A DNA stretch of 64,000 bases, from positions 1-64,000 of the forward strand of contig JAHDYR010000029.1 of assembly GCA_019828565.1 (NCBI GenBank). The letters are read 5' to 3'. Below are positions 1 through 12,569 of this stretch, one piece after another. Made by a program: the position numbers and the translations under genes. Under the pieces are notes generated by a model, which was not told where the DNA came from, did not search any database, and saw only the letters and a program-made list of their open reading frames with translations. Each line of letters starts with the position of its first letter. Positions within the stretch are counted from its first letter, which is position 1. Source of the stretch: Carpediemonas membranifera BICM (Eukaryota > Protista > Fornicata).

Positions 1-519
1 GCACCTGATCGCCTTTGCCGGGTGAGCGCAACGAAAGTCTGGGCTCACCGCGACGGAGGCTCAGCCACGGCAGTTTTAGGATGGTGGAATCTTATGAGCC
101 GCTGCTTCGGGCCGTTGCTGACGACGCTGGATAGGATTCACGTTCGGCAGCCCTGAAAAGTTCCTCTCCAGTTAACCGATTGATGACACGAGCCTCGACT
201 ATGCCAGCGTCGAGAGTGTCCAGACTCGCGACTATGCGCCACCGTCGCCGCCTTCGTCAAGCGGCGATCGGCATCCGGTGCCTTTCGTCACCGCCCCGCT
301 GGACCGACACAAGTTGTGCGAGCTGCGGCTGAAACCCCGGGGTCGTGTGGGCGTGCGACGGGAGACAACCTTTCTCTCTGGGCGGGTCGCGGCCAACCGT
401 ACCCGGCAGAACAATCTTTTCTGGGCGTCGGGAACCCGAGCGCGTGACGTTTCTGAGGCGTCTAAATCAAGATAATATTAGTCCAATGAGGCTCTTTACA
501 TCGCCTTCTAGCCTCGATA

Positions 520-706
520 TTGATGTTGTTAGTGATTTTCTAGAGTGCTGGCACCAGTTTCGGTAATAGGGGGACAGACGAGCGCAAACAACTACATGGT
601 CTTGAACCACACGCGTCCGGCGTTGATATTGGCTATTAAAATGCATCAATTGCTGGTAGCATAATAGAGGGGATTTCTGCCATGTGCCTCGAATGCATTG
701 CGTGTG
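520..706 (-). repeat. Diverged ~180 bp non-coding repeat, inverted copy at 7247-7423
   Basis: Reverse complement matches 7247-7423 (e.g. GTCCCCTATTACCGAAACTGGTGC, CTCTAGAAAATCACTAACAACATCAA). Confidence 0.85.
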
Positions 707-829
707 GCAGTTTGAGTGCTTTCGGGCCAGCCGCTCGATATTTACCACCACAGACAGCTGCATATGCAGGCCGTAGACTAGACATATACAGCAGGCGAGC
801 TTAGCACCATACTACAAAGCGCGAACGTC

Positions 830-3128
830 AACTCAAAGTCGCTATAAAATAAGCTGATACGGTCGGCATCTCAATCCTTGCTCTCACTTCTTCACCGACC
901 ACCTCCTCCCTTTCAGCCCGGGAGGGAACCTGCGCAGAGTGGCGTAGTCCCCCTGTCACTCTGGACCGCACATCGACTGATCTCCCTGCATCAAGTGACA
1001 CTGTTGTCAAAACACGCCAGGGCGTCCTCTGGCTGTTTTCGTTGGGCTTGTAACGCGACATGTGTCACCTTTGCCCTCCCTCAGACTTTGCTAAAACGTA
1101 CATGCCGACGACTGATCGATCTGGGTCAAAATCCCGGCCAACATGGAGGTATGCAAACGGGACTTTCCAGTCATTGAGCACCAGGCTACCAACAGCCCAC
1201 CGAGTTAAGCACTTACTCCTGCATGATTGGCTACTGATGCTGTTCTCCTCCGTGATGCCAGCGTGTGTACACTCCGCACACTTCATGAAAAGTGCCTGTC
1301 CCGGAGACCCCTCCCTGGGCCGCCCTGTACTCGGAGTGGCCTCGCTGGTTCACTCTCCTATCGCTTCCCTTTGTATATCTGCTCTCGCGGTAGTTGTCCT
1401 CGCCTTCGTCTCCTGCTGCATCACACTGCCTTTCGGTCTGCCAATCGTCTCCGTGCCTCTGGAACGCATGAGGTCGCAGACGCCCTCGATCATCAGTGAG
1501 GCAGTGTGTGTTATACAGCTGCCGTGGGGCAGGGCTTTTGTATCTGACCCACTGCTTGCTCTTTTCTCCAGCTGATTGAGCGACGTCAACTCTGTAAACT
1601 TGACTTCCCTTGCCTCCCTCATCTGCCTGGAGCTGCGACGTGGTCAGACCTGGACATATTCAACGTCCGACTCCAGCTCTCGAGATCGCTACAATTTCGC
1701 TGTCTGCCTGCTCCCATTCGCCTCTACCGCCCTCTGACTCATTCGAGCCCTGACGCTGAGCTTCATGTCTCGCGCTGCGCGCGTCCTGCTCCTCACCCTC
1801 TCCACTGCTCCTCCTCTGACCTCCTCCGAGTTCCTTCTGGTTTCGGTTTCGGTTTCAGCTCTGATGGCGTTTGCATTTGGTCATTGCCCTTCCTTTGCGT
1901 GATGCCACTTTTCTCTTTGTCACTACTCTCGTGTTTCAGGCGCTCTTCTTGTTACTATTCGCTTGCCGACTCTCTGAGCTAAGTTATCGACATCAGCGAT
2001 CTTCTGAGGTCATTGTCATGGAGGGCCTTGCGCTTCATGCGGGATTGTGTCGCTCTTCCCGTACGGCGGGGTACTTCGTCTCGTGCTTGGTGTGTGCCCG
2101 GACTGGGGTAGTCGCGGCGAAACGGCGCGTGGGTGTGTCGGGCTGGCACCCATGGAGCGCATGCTCGCTGCTGCACCCCACGTCTCTGCAGCAGCCTCGT
2201 GACGGTCTCCCTCCCAGCCTCGAGCAAGGCTCTCTTCTGCGCCTTTGCAGGGATGGAGCACTCGTGCCTCCATCGGAAGAGTGATGTGGGAGGTCTTTGT
2301 GAATCCAGTCCTTCATTTCGTGAGCAGCTTTGGATACGCGAAGGCTGTATCTACGTCGAACTGGACGTCGACGTGGTTGTCCCCAGCAACCGCAGCTGAC
2401 TCTCGAGAGGCGCGAATGCGAAGCTCGCCGTGCACCTCCTTCTGGACTCTATGCCACAGGACGTGAGTTGCGAGCGTTATTGTCCTCCCACTCCTTGAGC
2501 TTCTGGGCGATCTTTCTCGCGCCGGCGCTTGATCGCGCGTTCTCTAATCTCATCGTCGGACTCCGTTGTCAAAGTCCACCTCTACTCTCACTGCTCCGCA
2601 CAACTCAGAATCGTCGACGCCGCTTTTCCTTCACCACTGTCCACGCCACTCCTCATCGTCGACGGGTTCTTTCTTAGCGCTCTCGGCCTTGCCCTTGCCC
2701 CCTTGTCCTTCTCCTCTCGGCGTCAATGGCCTCAATATCGGCCTTACGCGCCTTTGCGCTTCTCCTGGCTATACACGATATCAGCCTGGTTGTCGTCAAC
2801 CCACTTCGCCAGCGCGCCGGGCTTCTTGGAACTTCTTGGTCCGGCGAGTGCCATAAACCGCTTCTTCAACTTATCCTGGAGCTCTCCTTCTCGTCCTTCG
2901 TGAGGCGGAATTTCGTGGGTGATATGGTTCAGGTTGATTCCTATATAAGCATTGCTATGACTACAAACGCTTCCTGGATCACCAGATCGAGCAGTTTCCG
3001 TTCATCCAGCAAAACCGCGCGAAGAACAGCACATTTGGCATGATTGGTGGTTGCCTTGGTGTATGCAGCCAATATCGCATCGTACTTGTTCCTTTGCTAG
3101 CGCTCTCAATCCACTTTAGCAAGTCCAT
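830..3128 (-). pseudogene. Frameshifted coiled-coil/acidic protein gene (paralog of 52254-54007) with a different, Cys-containing C-terminus
   Basis: ATG at 3128 reads MDLLKWIESASK. The 5' part is near-identical to 52254-53365. It continues as an R/E-rich coiled coil and the MKCAECTH...WKVPF segment. Multiple frameshifts; 3' end approximate. Confidence 0.6.
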
Positions 3129-3907
3129 TTTTCGGCACTATCAGCAAGAGAGCATAAAAAATGGACATAGAGTGCCAAAAAGTAATAAACTGAAACCATC
3201 CACACGGCAACTATGTACCTAGGCGGCCTCAGTACCTCCAATACCTTTCCGTATGTGCTTTTTGTCCGTCCCTACTTCGTCCCACGAACCAGAAAAAGCG
3301 CAAAGAGAGGGCCCTTTGAATATTTCTATAACGGCAGCAGAGCATAAAAACACGGTTCGAAAGGGCTGATTTTTATGCTCTCTTGCCGTTAGTTCAAGCC
3401 GAGGCACGCTTCGGGCGAGCTCCGGCCAAGGGGTCCAGGAGTCAGCTTTTGGGGAAGGTCTGTGGTGCTATAACGTACCTCGGGACGCACTGTGGAGGCC
3501 CCTAGAGTACTCGGTCATGACATGTCAGACCAAGGGTCCCTCAAATCTGGCCCCATTCAGGATGCTCCCCTAAATGTTCCGTTGCAAGCGTCTGACGGGC
3601 GTTCTCTGGATACCGACCAAGATGGAGGTCACGTGGATCAACGGACGATAATTACGGTATTCTGGCCATGCCTGGTACTCTCAAATCATCTATACTGATC
3701 AGTGCTCCATTTATAGTTCATATTGTTTGGTCCTGATGGACTTATAGTTGTTGATGTTGTTTAGGGATAATTGTTGCTTTTAACGATGCTCTGCGCTCGC
3801 TTACTGATGTTTTCTTAGTGATATGTGCATGCCTACTACGTTAAAGCTGCCAGTATTCTTTCTATTCTTAAGTTCGCCATTTCAGTCTCGTTGCGAGCAT
3901 AAAGTGC
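1970..3907 (-). repeat. ~1.9 kb segment duplicated in inverted orientation at 51475-53365
   Basis: Long runs of identity to the reverse complement of 51475-53365. Similarity stops sharply at AAAGTGC (3907). Confidence 0.95.
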
Positions 3908-4378
3908 ACATTGTGAAAGGAAATTGGGTGGTTATATAATGGATACAGGGCAGGAAAAGGTACACGAATGCCGTCCTGAGGTTTGGCATGGGATACTGAT
4001 CTCATACGTCAAAAAAATGGGCGGTGGTATTCGAATTTCAGAATTTCGGCATGTCCGAATTCCGAGGCAAGCGGGTAGGGTGTACAAAAACCTGGCCTGG
4101 GTCCCTACTGGAGCTAATAGATAACAGTATCACCGTGTATTCGGTTTTCAGGAAATATAACTTGTGTTGGTATTGCTATTTCAGAATTACTTCCAGTACC
4201 GGAGATTGTCTTAGAATTTGGATGTTCATGACTACTTTAAAATTTTTAAAAGTTCCCATGAACCCACTCCAGCTCAGGATTGCGGATCTGAGCCAAGTTT
4301 AGGTCGAATCCAAGTATTTGATAATTTTTGTATGTACGAAATTCTGAAATTGCAATACCAACAGAAAAACTCGTGTTA

Positions 4379-5569
4379 TGGAGGTTCTAGCTGCAAAATA
4401 ACGACGATATTGTTAAGCGCTGGTCTGATAGAGGTTCAGTGAAGACGCGTAGTGTGTACAAGAAGCACCTGGAGGACGTTTTTGGCCAGCATTTGCCAGG
4501 AAACAGGCGCTGAAATGCAGAAGGGCATCGAGATTGTCCGAAGCGACAACGTTACGACTTATTTGGCGCATTATTTCGCTACAAAGACGCCTGCTATGGC
4601 TAAGAGGATCGTTTCGGCTGTTCAGTCTTTCCGGAACTTCGACTTTGCCACATCCCGCGAAGCCGTTGTCCTGGAAAGAGGAGGAAGAGGTGTCGCCTGC
4701 ATCAGTTGAGAGTCTCCCCAGCCCGTATGGCGCCATTGCCATTCTGCTCAACCAGACGGGCTGGGAGTATTCGTATCTCCAAGGTAATCTCCCCGATGCG
4801 ATAGACCTTACCTCGTGCCCGAGCTGGATGGGCTTTGGCACGCTCAAATCGGGATTCCCGCAGGCCAGTGCTGTATCGGAGGCGCTCAAGGTTCAGGGGT
4901 TGACGGTTCGCATGCTTCGCTTTGCGCAGCGGATCGACGTGTCCACCGATAGGATGCAGTCTATCGGCACGCTAGAGCGCCGCGGCAGACCGCAGGAGAA
5001 GCCTCAGAAGGTCATTAGGGACAAGCGCATCAGCCTGACCGATGAGCAGTTCAGGCACCAGTTGGCGTCCAGTCACTTAACGACCACGCGGCGCCCAACG
5101 ATCCTCGATCTCAACCCGGAGATCCGAAGCTCTGCCGACCTGGTGCCGCCGATGCTCGATGACTGGCTTTTACAACAGGCTCAAGGCCAGAATGATCGAG
5201 CTTCACGATACTAAGAAGAAAGAGAGGCAAAGCGAGGCTGACAAGGAGGCGGAGTTCGGCTCGCCGACTCGCGAGACAGAGATGCCAGAGGGCGAGAGAG
5301 AGGGCGATACTGACGAGGAGGCGGTGTCCGACGAGCCAGCTTACCAGGCAGAGTGGATGCACTACGAGGTGCCAGCTCGCGAGGAGAGCGCCTTTGGTGA
5401 GGAGGTGGACTTATGCAAGAGTGCCGATGAGGAACCAAAGATCGACCACGACGAGCATGGCGGGGAGGTGGCGGGCAGAGATGGTGATGGGGAGATTCAA
5501 GAGAACGTGATTGATGAGGAGCGCTCAGAGAGCGATACTGCCGACAGTATCGTCTTTTCCTTCATCTGA
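4379..5569 (+). CDS. Tyrosine-recombinase-derived protein (core-binding domain plus degenerate box I), acidic tail, frameshifted
   Basis: Joined frames give SVKTRSVY..TWRTF...VRSDNV...VSAVQSFRN...PYGAIAILLNQTGW, which aligns with ORF 50385-51017. No catalytic R, HxxR or Y seen. Confidence 0.5.
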
Positions 5570-5733
5570 CATTGTAAAGAGGAAGAGTTTATGATTGGAG
5601 CATAGCTGATGTCCATAAACACCATTCATAAGCCAGTCCTGTCTTGTTTTCCACTGCTACTTCTCTCGTTGCGACGCACAGCTAGCTGTCGCGAAATGCA
5701 CTTTAAGACCAATTTTCACACAGCTACCTGTGC

Positions 5734-7021
5734 ATGGTGTTCGAGCTAGATAGCGACAAGCTGGAGCGACTTACTTCCTTACCTGGTAATAGTAGACAAT
5801 ATCTGCACGACTTTGAACCTGAAAAGCTGCAGGTCGTGATCAAAGTTGATGAGCATTATGATATGGAGGTTCCCACCCTGCTAGCGCTCAAGGACAGTCC
5901 GCATGTCCTCCCTGTCGTCGATACAGGTTTTGTCGACCGTGATCCAGCCTTCATGGCTCCTTTGGTCAACTGTACCCCCTTCGCTGACATCTGCCAGGCT
6001 CACTCCAGCGTGCAGTTCCGCTATGTTTCGCATCTGCTGCAGGCAGTATGCTACATGCATGACCACGGGGTTGTCCATTGCGATATTAAGCCAGACAACT
6101 TCCTCTTCAGCAAGAGTCAGAAGGGATACCTCATTGATTTTTGGGTCTGCAATGAGGAAGCCGGCTAATGGCGACGACAGGTGGGCCATACAACTGAGAT
6201 TTGTATCCGAGTATCGCGGCACCCATGGATATTTGCCCCCAGAGCTGTTCTACGAGTACCTTGTCTCGCGCTCAGTGATTACTGCTGCACGCGACACCTC
6301 CAAGCTCGCGCGCATGACGGCAGGGGCTCTTTCCGTCACTTCTTATGTCGTGACACCTGCATCGGACATTTACTCTTGCGGTGTAGTCATTTTGATGCTC
6401 TTTTACGGTCTCCCCAAGTCCCCCTTTGCCGCGAAGGTGACTGACATGGGTGCAAACATGGCGCAGATCGACAACAAGAAGAAGAAGAAGATGCTGAAGC
6501 TTGGTAGCTTGCTGAACTGGTGCCAATTCTATGGTGGGCAGTTGCAGTTGTCACCTCAGGCACAGACACATTTCAAAGATTGCCTCGAGTGTGTCAACGT
6601 GAACTCTGAGCTCCCGATTCGCGGCACCACGCCACCTACTTGTCTCAGCCTGTACGACCTGGCAATGCAGATGCTCCACTTCGACCCAACAAAGCGTCCC
6701 ACTGCTGCCGAATGTCTTGACAAGCTCAAGGTCATCATGCGCGTGCATGAATGCGTCGCCAAGCCGAGTCCGCTTCTGTTAGATGATACAGAAGAGGTCA
6801 CCCTGTCTGCAGCTCAGCGAAAGAGACTGACCGACTGCTGTCAGCGAGGGTTTGAGGGTCAAGTCTTCTATCGGCGCTGCATAGTGTGTGGTAGAGACCT
6901 TCATGGACGCGAGAACGTCAGCTGTGACACATGCCACAAGGGATACAGGCAGGTGAGCACCAATAAGTGCGCAAAAAGGTGTGCGCGGAAGACTGCACAG
7001 GCAGTTTATTGCGATGATTGA
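5734..7021 (+). CDS. Ser/Thr protein kinase (CDC7/CMGC-like motifs) with C-terminal Cys-rich PHD-like segment; frameshift near 6140
   Basis: HCDIKPDNFL, IDF(G), GTHGYLPPEL, SDIYSCG, DPTKRPTA across ORFs 5734-6168 and 5903-7021; C-terminal CIVC...CDTC. Confidence 0.85.
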
Positions 7022-7246
7022 GCGGACGTAAAGAGATTGATACTTTCTGTGATGCAGGAATGAGATCAATGCTGCTGACAGGTCTCGAGATGGCAGAGGT
7101 GCTGGAGAAGAGAGAGCAGAAAAAGGCATCAGAAGTAAAATGAACGAGGTAAATTCCAGTTCGCCGGAGATGATATCCTTCCTCGTACGCGGCATGTGTC
7201 TTGGGTCTTAAGTTCGCCATTTTAATCTCGTTGCGAGCATAAAATG

Positions 7247-7423
7247 CACACTTGTGCATTCGAGTACAATGACGAAATCCCTCAATATGCTACCAGCAGT
7301 GCATTTAATAACCAATATCAACGCCGAAACGCGTGTAGTTCGGAGCCATGTAGTTGTTTGCGCTCGTTTGTCCCCCTATTACCGAAACTGGTGCTGTACT
7401 CTAGAAAATCACTAACAACATCA
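7247..7423 (+). repeat. Inverted copy of repeat 520-706
   Basis: See 520-706. Confidence 0.85.
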
Positions 7424-7496
7424 ACTCCTTTTCTCCGCAATGCAGATGAGAATGCCTATTCTCGCGATCTATAACTACCAATCATGTTTTCATTCT

Positions 7497-10051
7497 TTAC
7501 TCATACTTGCCACAGATGCACACATCCAGTGAGATCTCTCCTTCCTCATGGACATCGATGTCTAACCATTGCCCGTCAAACACGAGCCCTACCTGCCTCA
7601 ACACCTTCTTCCATAGACCATCCACTTGACCTTCAAACAGAGGTAACAGTTTCTGACAGTCTCCCTCGTCCAATGTTCCAGTGCCCTCGCTCCGAATACG
7701 GATCCAGTGTTTGGCGTCCTTGCAGCAGCGATGAACGCGCATTGTCTTCAGACGTATTTGGTGGGGAACGTCTGTTGACTGTCGCCCATACGAGACGACG
7801 CCACGGAGGAATCGGTAAAACAACTCGACCTGCTCCTTCAATATCGTTCTCTCAAGGACCATCTGGTTGCGCCTTAAGTGTACTCTACTTTCCTGATTGC
7901 CAATAAAGTCGCGCTCGAATGACTCCTCAATAATCCGGCCAAGTGGGACTCGGATTTTTGACTGAATCTCCGGCAACACAGCAACTCGCGCTAAGCCATG
8001 AAGTGTGTCGATGGAGGGAGCCTTCTTGGCTACCTTAGACGGCGACCGGATTGGAATAGACTCCGACACGGTGCTGGTCGTGCTCAGACACATTGTCAGT
8101 GAAAAGAGGTGAACAAGCAACGCTGTCAGTCGATGCCAGGTGATAATGTCATCTGTGGCCTCCTCGTGAGAGTAATAATGCTCTTGCAGGTAGGCAACGA
8201 GTCTGAAAAGTGGCTGAACGGGGGAGGGAATGCCATGTAGAGACCGTTTCCAATTGACGCGATCATCTTCCTCCCCTTCACTTGCTCATTACAGCCAGTC
8301 GTGCGACTGGGAGGTTCAAACTTAGCCAGCCTGGCGAGGTCAGCGTTTCTGGCCTTCTTGGTCTTGATTTCCTCCGGGGTAGAGTCTGGGTCGACCTCAA
8401 TTGGCTTGAACATCCGACAAATGTTGTGTATCAAGGAGACGAAGTCATGACTGAGGTGCATGATCGGCGGGACAAGGAAGATTTTGCCCCTATCGAGAGT
8501 TGGGTCATCCGAGTTCTCGAATAGGCTGGGCATGATGCACTTATTCTTCTTGTTGTAGAACGACCCCCACTTCTTCTCTCTATCCAGGACTGTCTTGTCC
8601 TCAACAGACATCTTCTTCGCATACATCACGTCTGCAATCGTGTTTCGTGGGGTGAGACCGAATGGGCTCCAGGCCTTGTTGTCAGCATGTACCGAGCTGA
8701 ATGGAGAGGGATAGCTGCCGCCAATCAAGGTTCCACAGACTTTTGACATCGCTGGGTGGTCTGCGATGAACATAACGCGAGTGACACGGCACAGGAGACC
8801 GGTATTTCTCACCTCAAGTGACTCGCGATGGGTACTCTCGACTGAGCGCTCGATGAAGTCGAAGAATTCTCCAATGCGCTTCTCTGGTCCGTTGTACTCG
8901 AGTATGCGGAAGGGTGGTGTTCCGCCTGACGGGAAGACTTTGCCGGAGACATCGATAAACCGAACCTTCACAGATGTAGTCAACCCTCGCCATCCATCGA
9001 CCCAGACGAGAAGATCAAGCGGCACTGTCTGAGTCTCTTCAGCTTGAGTCTGCGCTGTCAACTGCTTGCCCACGTTCTTACGAGCAGCCCTTGACCTCTC
9101 GAGATCGATAGGCGAAGCCACCGCCTGGCGATAGTACCGCATGAGGTCAAACTCAGCGTGTTGCACATGGGAATACCTGCCGCTAGACTGGAGACGCGGG
9201 TTGAGACCGGCTCTCTTCATCACGTCATTATGTGCAGTTCGCTTCATTGCCGATTCGTAGAAGATGCACACCGTCGTACCTCTGAGCACTTCAGTGTTAT
9301 AGTCGTCGCCGTCGAATGTAGCGTTGACTTGTTCGAGGTCTGCGTCGACGTGGGTAATCAGGTCGAGGTCATACTCGCGGTGATCCTTGTCCGTTCTCTT
9401 TGCTCGTGTCTCTTGAGTGATCGCCATGGGTATGTAGCCCTTTAGGGCCTTTTTCAAGTTCCTATGCGACTTGACAATGGTCTCAACGTCTGCGATGTTC
9501 CGAATGCTGCACTGAAGCGACTTGACTTGGTTTGTGACCTGATTGATGTTGATAATGTCAAGGTTGAGTCTCTGTGCAAGGGCTTGCATGATGTGAATCT
9601 CGTCATTGACTGCATTCACGCCGATCGTGATGGCCCTGAGCTCGTTGGACACCTGCAGAAGACGTTCAGTGTCAGCAATACGCTTACGTTGACGAGCATT
9701 CTCTGCCTCGAGGCCGAAGCTATCAGAATGCAGAACATATGCACCAACGTAAAGGTGACTGGGACCAGAGCGGTGTGCCTTCTTCTCCTTTGAGATGCTA
9801 GTGGATGATGGCGCTGGGTAGAGATTGCTAGAAATAGCCTCACGCGATACAGCGCCGATATTGATTAGTTCCTGCGCGATGCGGGCTAGCTCGAGTCTTT
9901 GCTGGTGTTTGGAGGTATCAAATCCGTTAATACGGCGATCCACTGCGTCAATCGAGAGCCAGACGCTGCAAAGGATGGTATTGATGTCATCAGTGCCCTC
10001 CGGAGCATAGATAGATCCGTTAGACAGTTTCCACTTCAGTTGAAGCGCCAT
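7497..10051 (-). CDS. RAG1/Transib/Chapaev-like DDE transposase (~850 aa, one frameshift near 8205)
   Basis: Ordered motifs VWVDGWRG (D1), FIADHPAMSKVCG..SYPSPFS (D2), PPIMH, and TLHGLARVAVLPEIQ..LGRIIEESFE (E). ORFs 8126-10051 and 7497-8120 join across an A-run. Confidence 0.7.
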
Positions 10052-10116
10052 CTGTCAGTCGCTCTTTCAAGAATTCTAAAGATCCTAAAAATGCGTGACT
10101 TCGAGAAGATCATCTA

Positions 10117-11352
10117 ATGCCAGCCACGGAACTAGAGATGAAGCGTGGAAATGAAGGAACTACTCCGGACACCCGAGAGACGAACTCTCAGAAACGCAAG
10201 CCGATGGTCAGGTGGAATGACGCCGCAAAGAGCGAATGCAGGTCGGCTCTCATGATTGGTATGCTCAAGGCATTCTTTTGCATCACCGTTGATGTGTTTG
10301 GAACGGATATGACTGGTCTATCTGTCCGTAAGGTGGCGAATGCCTACAATCACATCATCTCGGTGTACTTGCAGCCCTGCCACCCTGATCCGACATTCTT
10401 TGATGGTATCAAGTCCCTCACGGCTGTATCGCAGGGTAGGCTTGTCATTGGGCATGTTAAGGAGTGGGCAACCCAGTCTTGCCACTGCAACATCGGCATT
10501 TCTGATCAGGCTCCTTCGAGAGTGTTTCATAACCTTTCTCGGGCCCCCAACCCGGTGCGATCGGAGCTTCTGACCGCGATGAAGAAGATTTTCACGAGAG
10601 TTGGCCTGGACGTCCCCCAGAATTTTGATTCGCGTCCTCTGTCCCTTAATCTGGTGGACCTTTCGGCACCCGACATATTTACTGGTCGGACGAAGACGTT
10701 TTTCAAGACAGCAGAAATCCCCCATTCCGTGCCGCAAGTGAAGCAGGAGGTGAAGGTTGACCCCGTTCGACCCTCTGAGTCTATCTCTAAGCGTAACGTC
10801 ATGCTACTCGATGACGTCCATCGCATGACACAGCGCATGTCGGAAGATCTCTCTCAGCTCAAAGAACGGCCGGTAACCGCTGATTCAGACTCTGACGATG
10901 ATGGAGAGAACCTCCTTGACTTGCAGAAGAGGATGCTTGCCTTCTGTTGCGGCCATTGCCACAGCTTGGACTGGGTTGGCAATCTCAACACGTCAAAGTT
11001 TGTCTCGTGTGGAGAGTGCGGCAGGAACTTTCATGACAATTCCGTTTGCGTGCCTGCTCGTCCGGAGAAATGTTCAAAGACTGCCAACTGGACGAAAGAA
11101 GCCAACAGAAAGAAGTCCTCGTGGAAGTTCACATGCCAGGCTTGTGTCCAGGAGAAGACTTGTTTCGCATGCCAGAAGAACGCCTCGGTATATCATTGTC
11201 GGATGTGTGGGCACTGGTTCTGTGGTAACAAGGGCTGTATGGGCACCACTGCCGTGAAGGTCGTCATTGACGGCGTGAATATTCCCAAGATCCGTCTTTG
11301 TGACGATTGCCTTGAGAACTTCAAGTCGGTGGTTCAACAGTCGGAGCAGTAA
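10117..11352 (+). CDS. PHD-finger plus additional Zn-finger protein, divergent from the transposase
   Basis: Intact 411 aa ORF. Acidic patch, then CCGHC..CGEC..H...C..CQAC (PHD-like), then CFAC..CRMC..C..C..CDDC. Confidence 0.8.
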   Translation: MPATELEMKRGNEGTTPDTRETNSQKRKPMVRWNDAAKSECRSALMIGMLKAFFCITVDVFGTDMTGLSVRKVANAYNHIISVYLQPCHPDPTFFDGIKSLTAVSQGRLVIGHVKEWATQSCHCNIGISDQAPSRVFHNLSRAPNPVRSELLTAMKKIFTRVGLDVPQNFDSRPLSLNLVDLSAPDIFTGRTKTFFKTAEIPHSVPQVKQEVKVDPVRPSESISKRNVMLLDDVHRMTQRMSEDLSQLKERPVTADSDSDDDGENLLDLQKRMLAFCCGHCHSLDWVGNLNTSKFVSCGECGRNFHDNSVCVPARPEKCSKTANWTKEANRKKSSWKFTCQACVQEKTCFACQKNASVYHCRMCGHWFCGNKGCMGTTAVKVVIDGVNIPKIRLCDDCLENFKSVVQQSEQ

Positions 11353-12211
11353 AGATACAATTGAATCTTTTCAAACATATTTTCATGAAGATAGATCCAA
11401 TGAAACTATGTACCATGAGCCCGATTGCTCAGTGATTATGTGATAATCCTGTGTGACCCAGGACAGCGTGCTCCTGGAATCAACAGGGCACAAAACACCC
11501 TGCGTATTCCGGTAGCACACCGTTCTGACTCATACGTCCGTCTCTGGTTGTCGTATACAGGTCTATTTACGTGTTTGGCGATGGCGCTCCCTTAAATCTG
11601 CTTGAACGGCGTGTCGTGGCTGTCAGTATGCTGCAAATGTCGCAGCGAGAAAGGAGTCACCAATCGCGTTCAGCTTTCTTGTTTCTCGCCTGATACTGCT
11701 CGTAATATCGTTCAAGCGTGAATCTATAAAGTAATGGGACTGAATGGCCTCTATTGCGTCAATTTCTTGCGTAATCGTTGTTGAATGGCCTAGAATAGAT
11801 GTTGCAGCTGCTTCCAGCTCCTGTTGCATGCTAAATGCTGTGTTTTGGACAATTGGTCGTGTTCAGGCAGATTTTTTTCGTGCAAAGTGCAGGCTAATAC
11901 GCGCCCTTAAACTGTGGGATCAGCCGCTGGGTAAATATACTGAGAAAAAACCATATAGCTGAGTTCACTGTCTTGTGCTGAATACGGTGGCGCCATTTAT
12001 TTCTCTGAATCGCTAAGTTTTGTCAGCGTTGACCGCGCACGACCGGTCGTCCTTACGCGATGACACCCAGCCCATCTTGTAGGTCGGGTGGCCATACCTC
12101 GCGGCCTTGCTTGCTTTTCTTTGACGAGCAATATTCCCTGAGTAATAGCCTCTCCTTTTCTTCCAATTCGACTCTAGCCAAGTCAAAAAACAAGAAATCG
12201 ACCATATCTCA

Positions 12212-12315
12212 AAAATCTAACAGGTAGATTCACTCTGAAAGTGATTATGCGCATATGTACCTCCTTTCAACTACTCACATAATCACTATCGTAGTGAATC
12301 TACCTGTTAGATTTT
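12212..12315. repeat. Long hairpin, 38 bp arms (35/38 match), 28 nt loop
   Basis: AAAATCTAACAGGTAGATTCACT..AGTGATTATG pairs with CATAATCACT..AGTGAATCTACCTGTTAGATTTT. Confidence 0.9.
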
Positions 12316-12569
12316 CTGTTATTGTCCATTTTATCGTTTCGTCTTAACCTGCACGGCGAAATGCTCAAACCAGGCAAGGAGTCAGAGCCAGAGCTTCTTT
12401 CCATGCTCTAAGTACATCATATGGACTCTCAAGAAGACCTTCGTTTATCTCTAAATAGCTTAAATTTAATGAATACTTCATTTCTGAGCAAGAAATTGTA
12501 GATTATCTAGCGTTTTGAGGTCGAAGATAATCTAGGGTTTAGCAAAGATAATCTAGGGATGTTGACAGC

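Noticed and set aside
1-450. GC-rich stems as a ribozyme or ncRNA
   Set aside because: No complete hammerhead or HDV core could be identified.
12531-12543. TAGGGTTTAG as a telomeric repeat
   Set aside because: Only about one unit.
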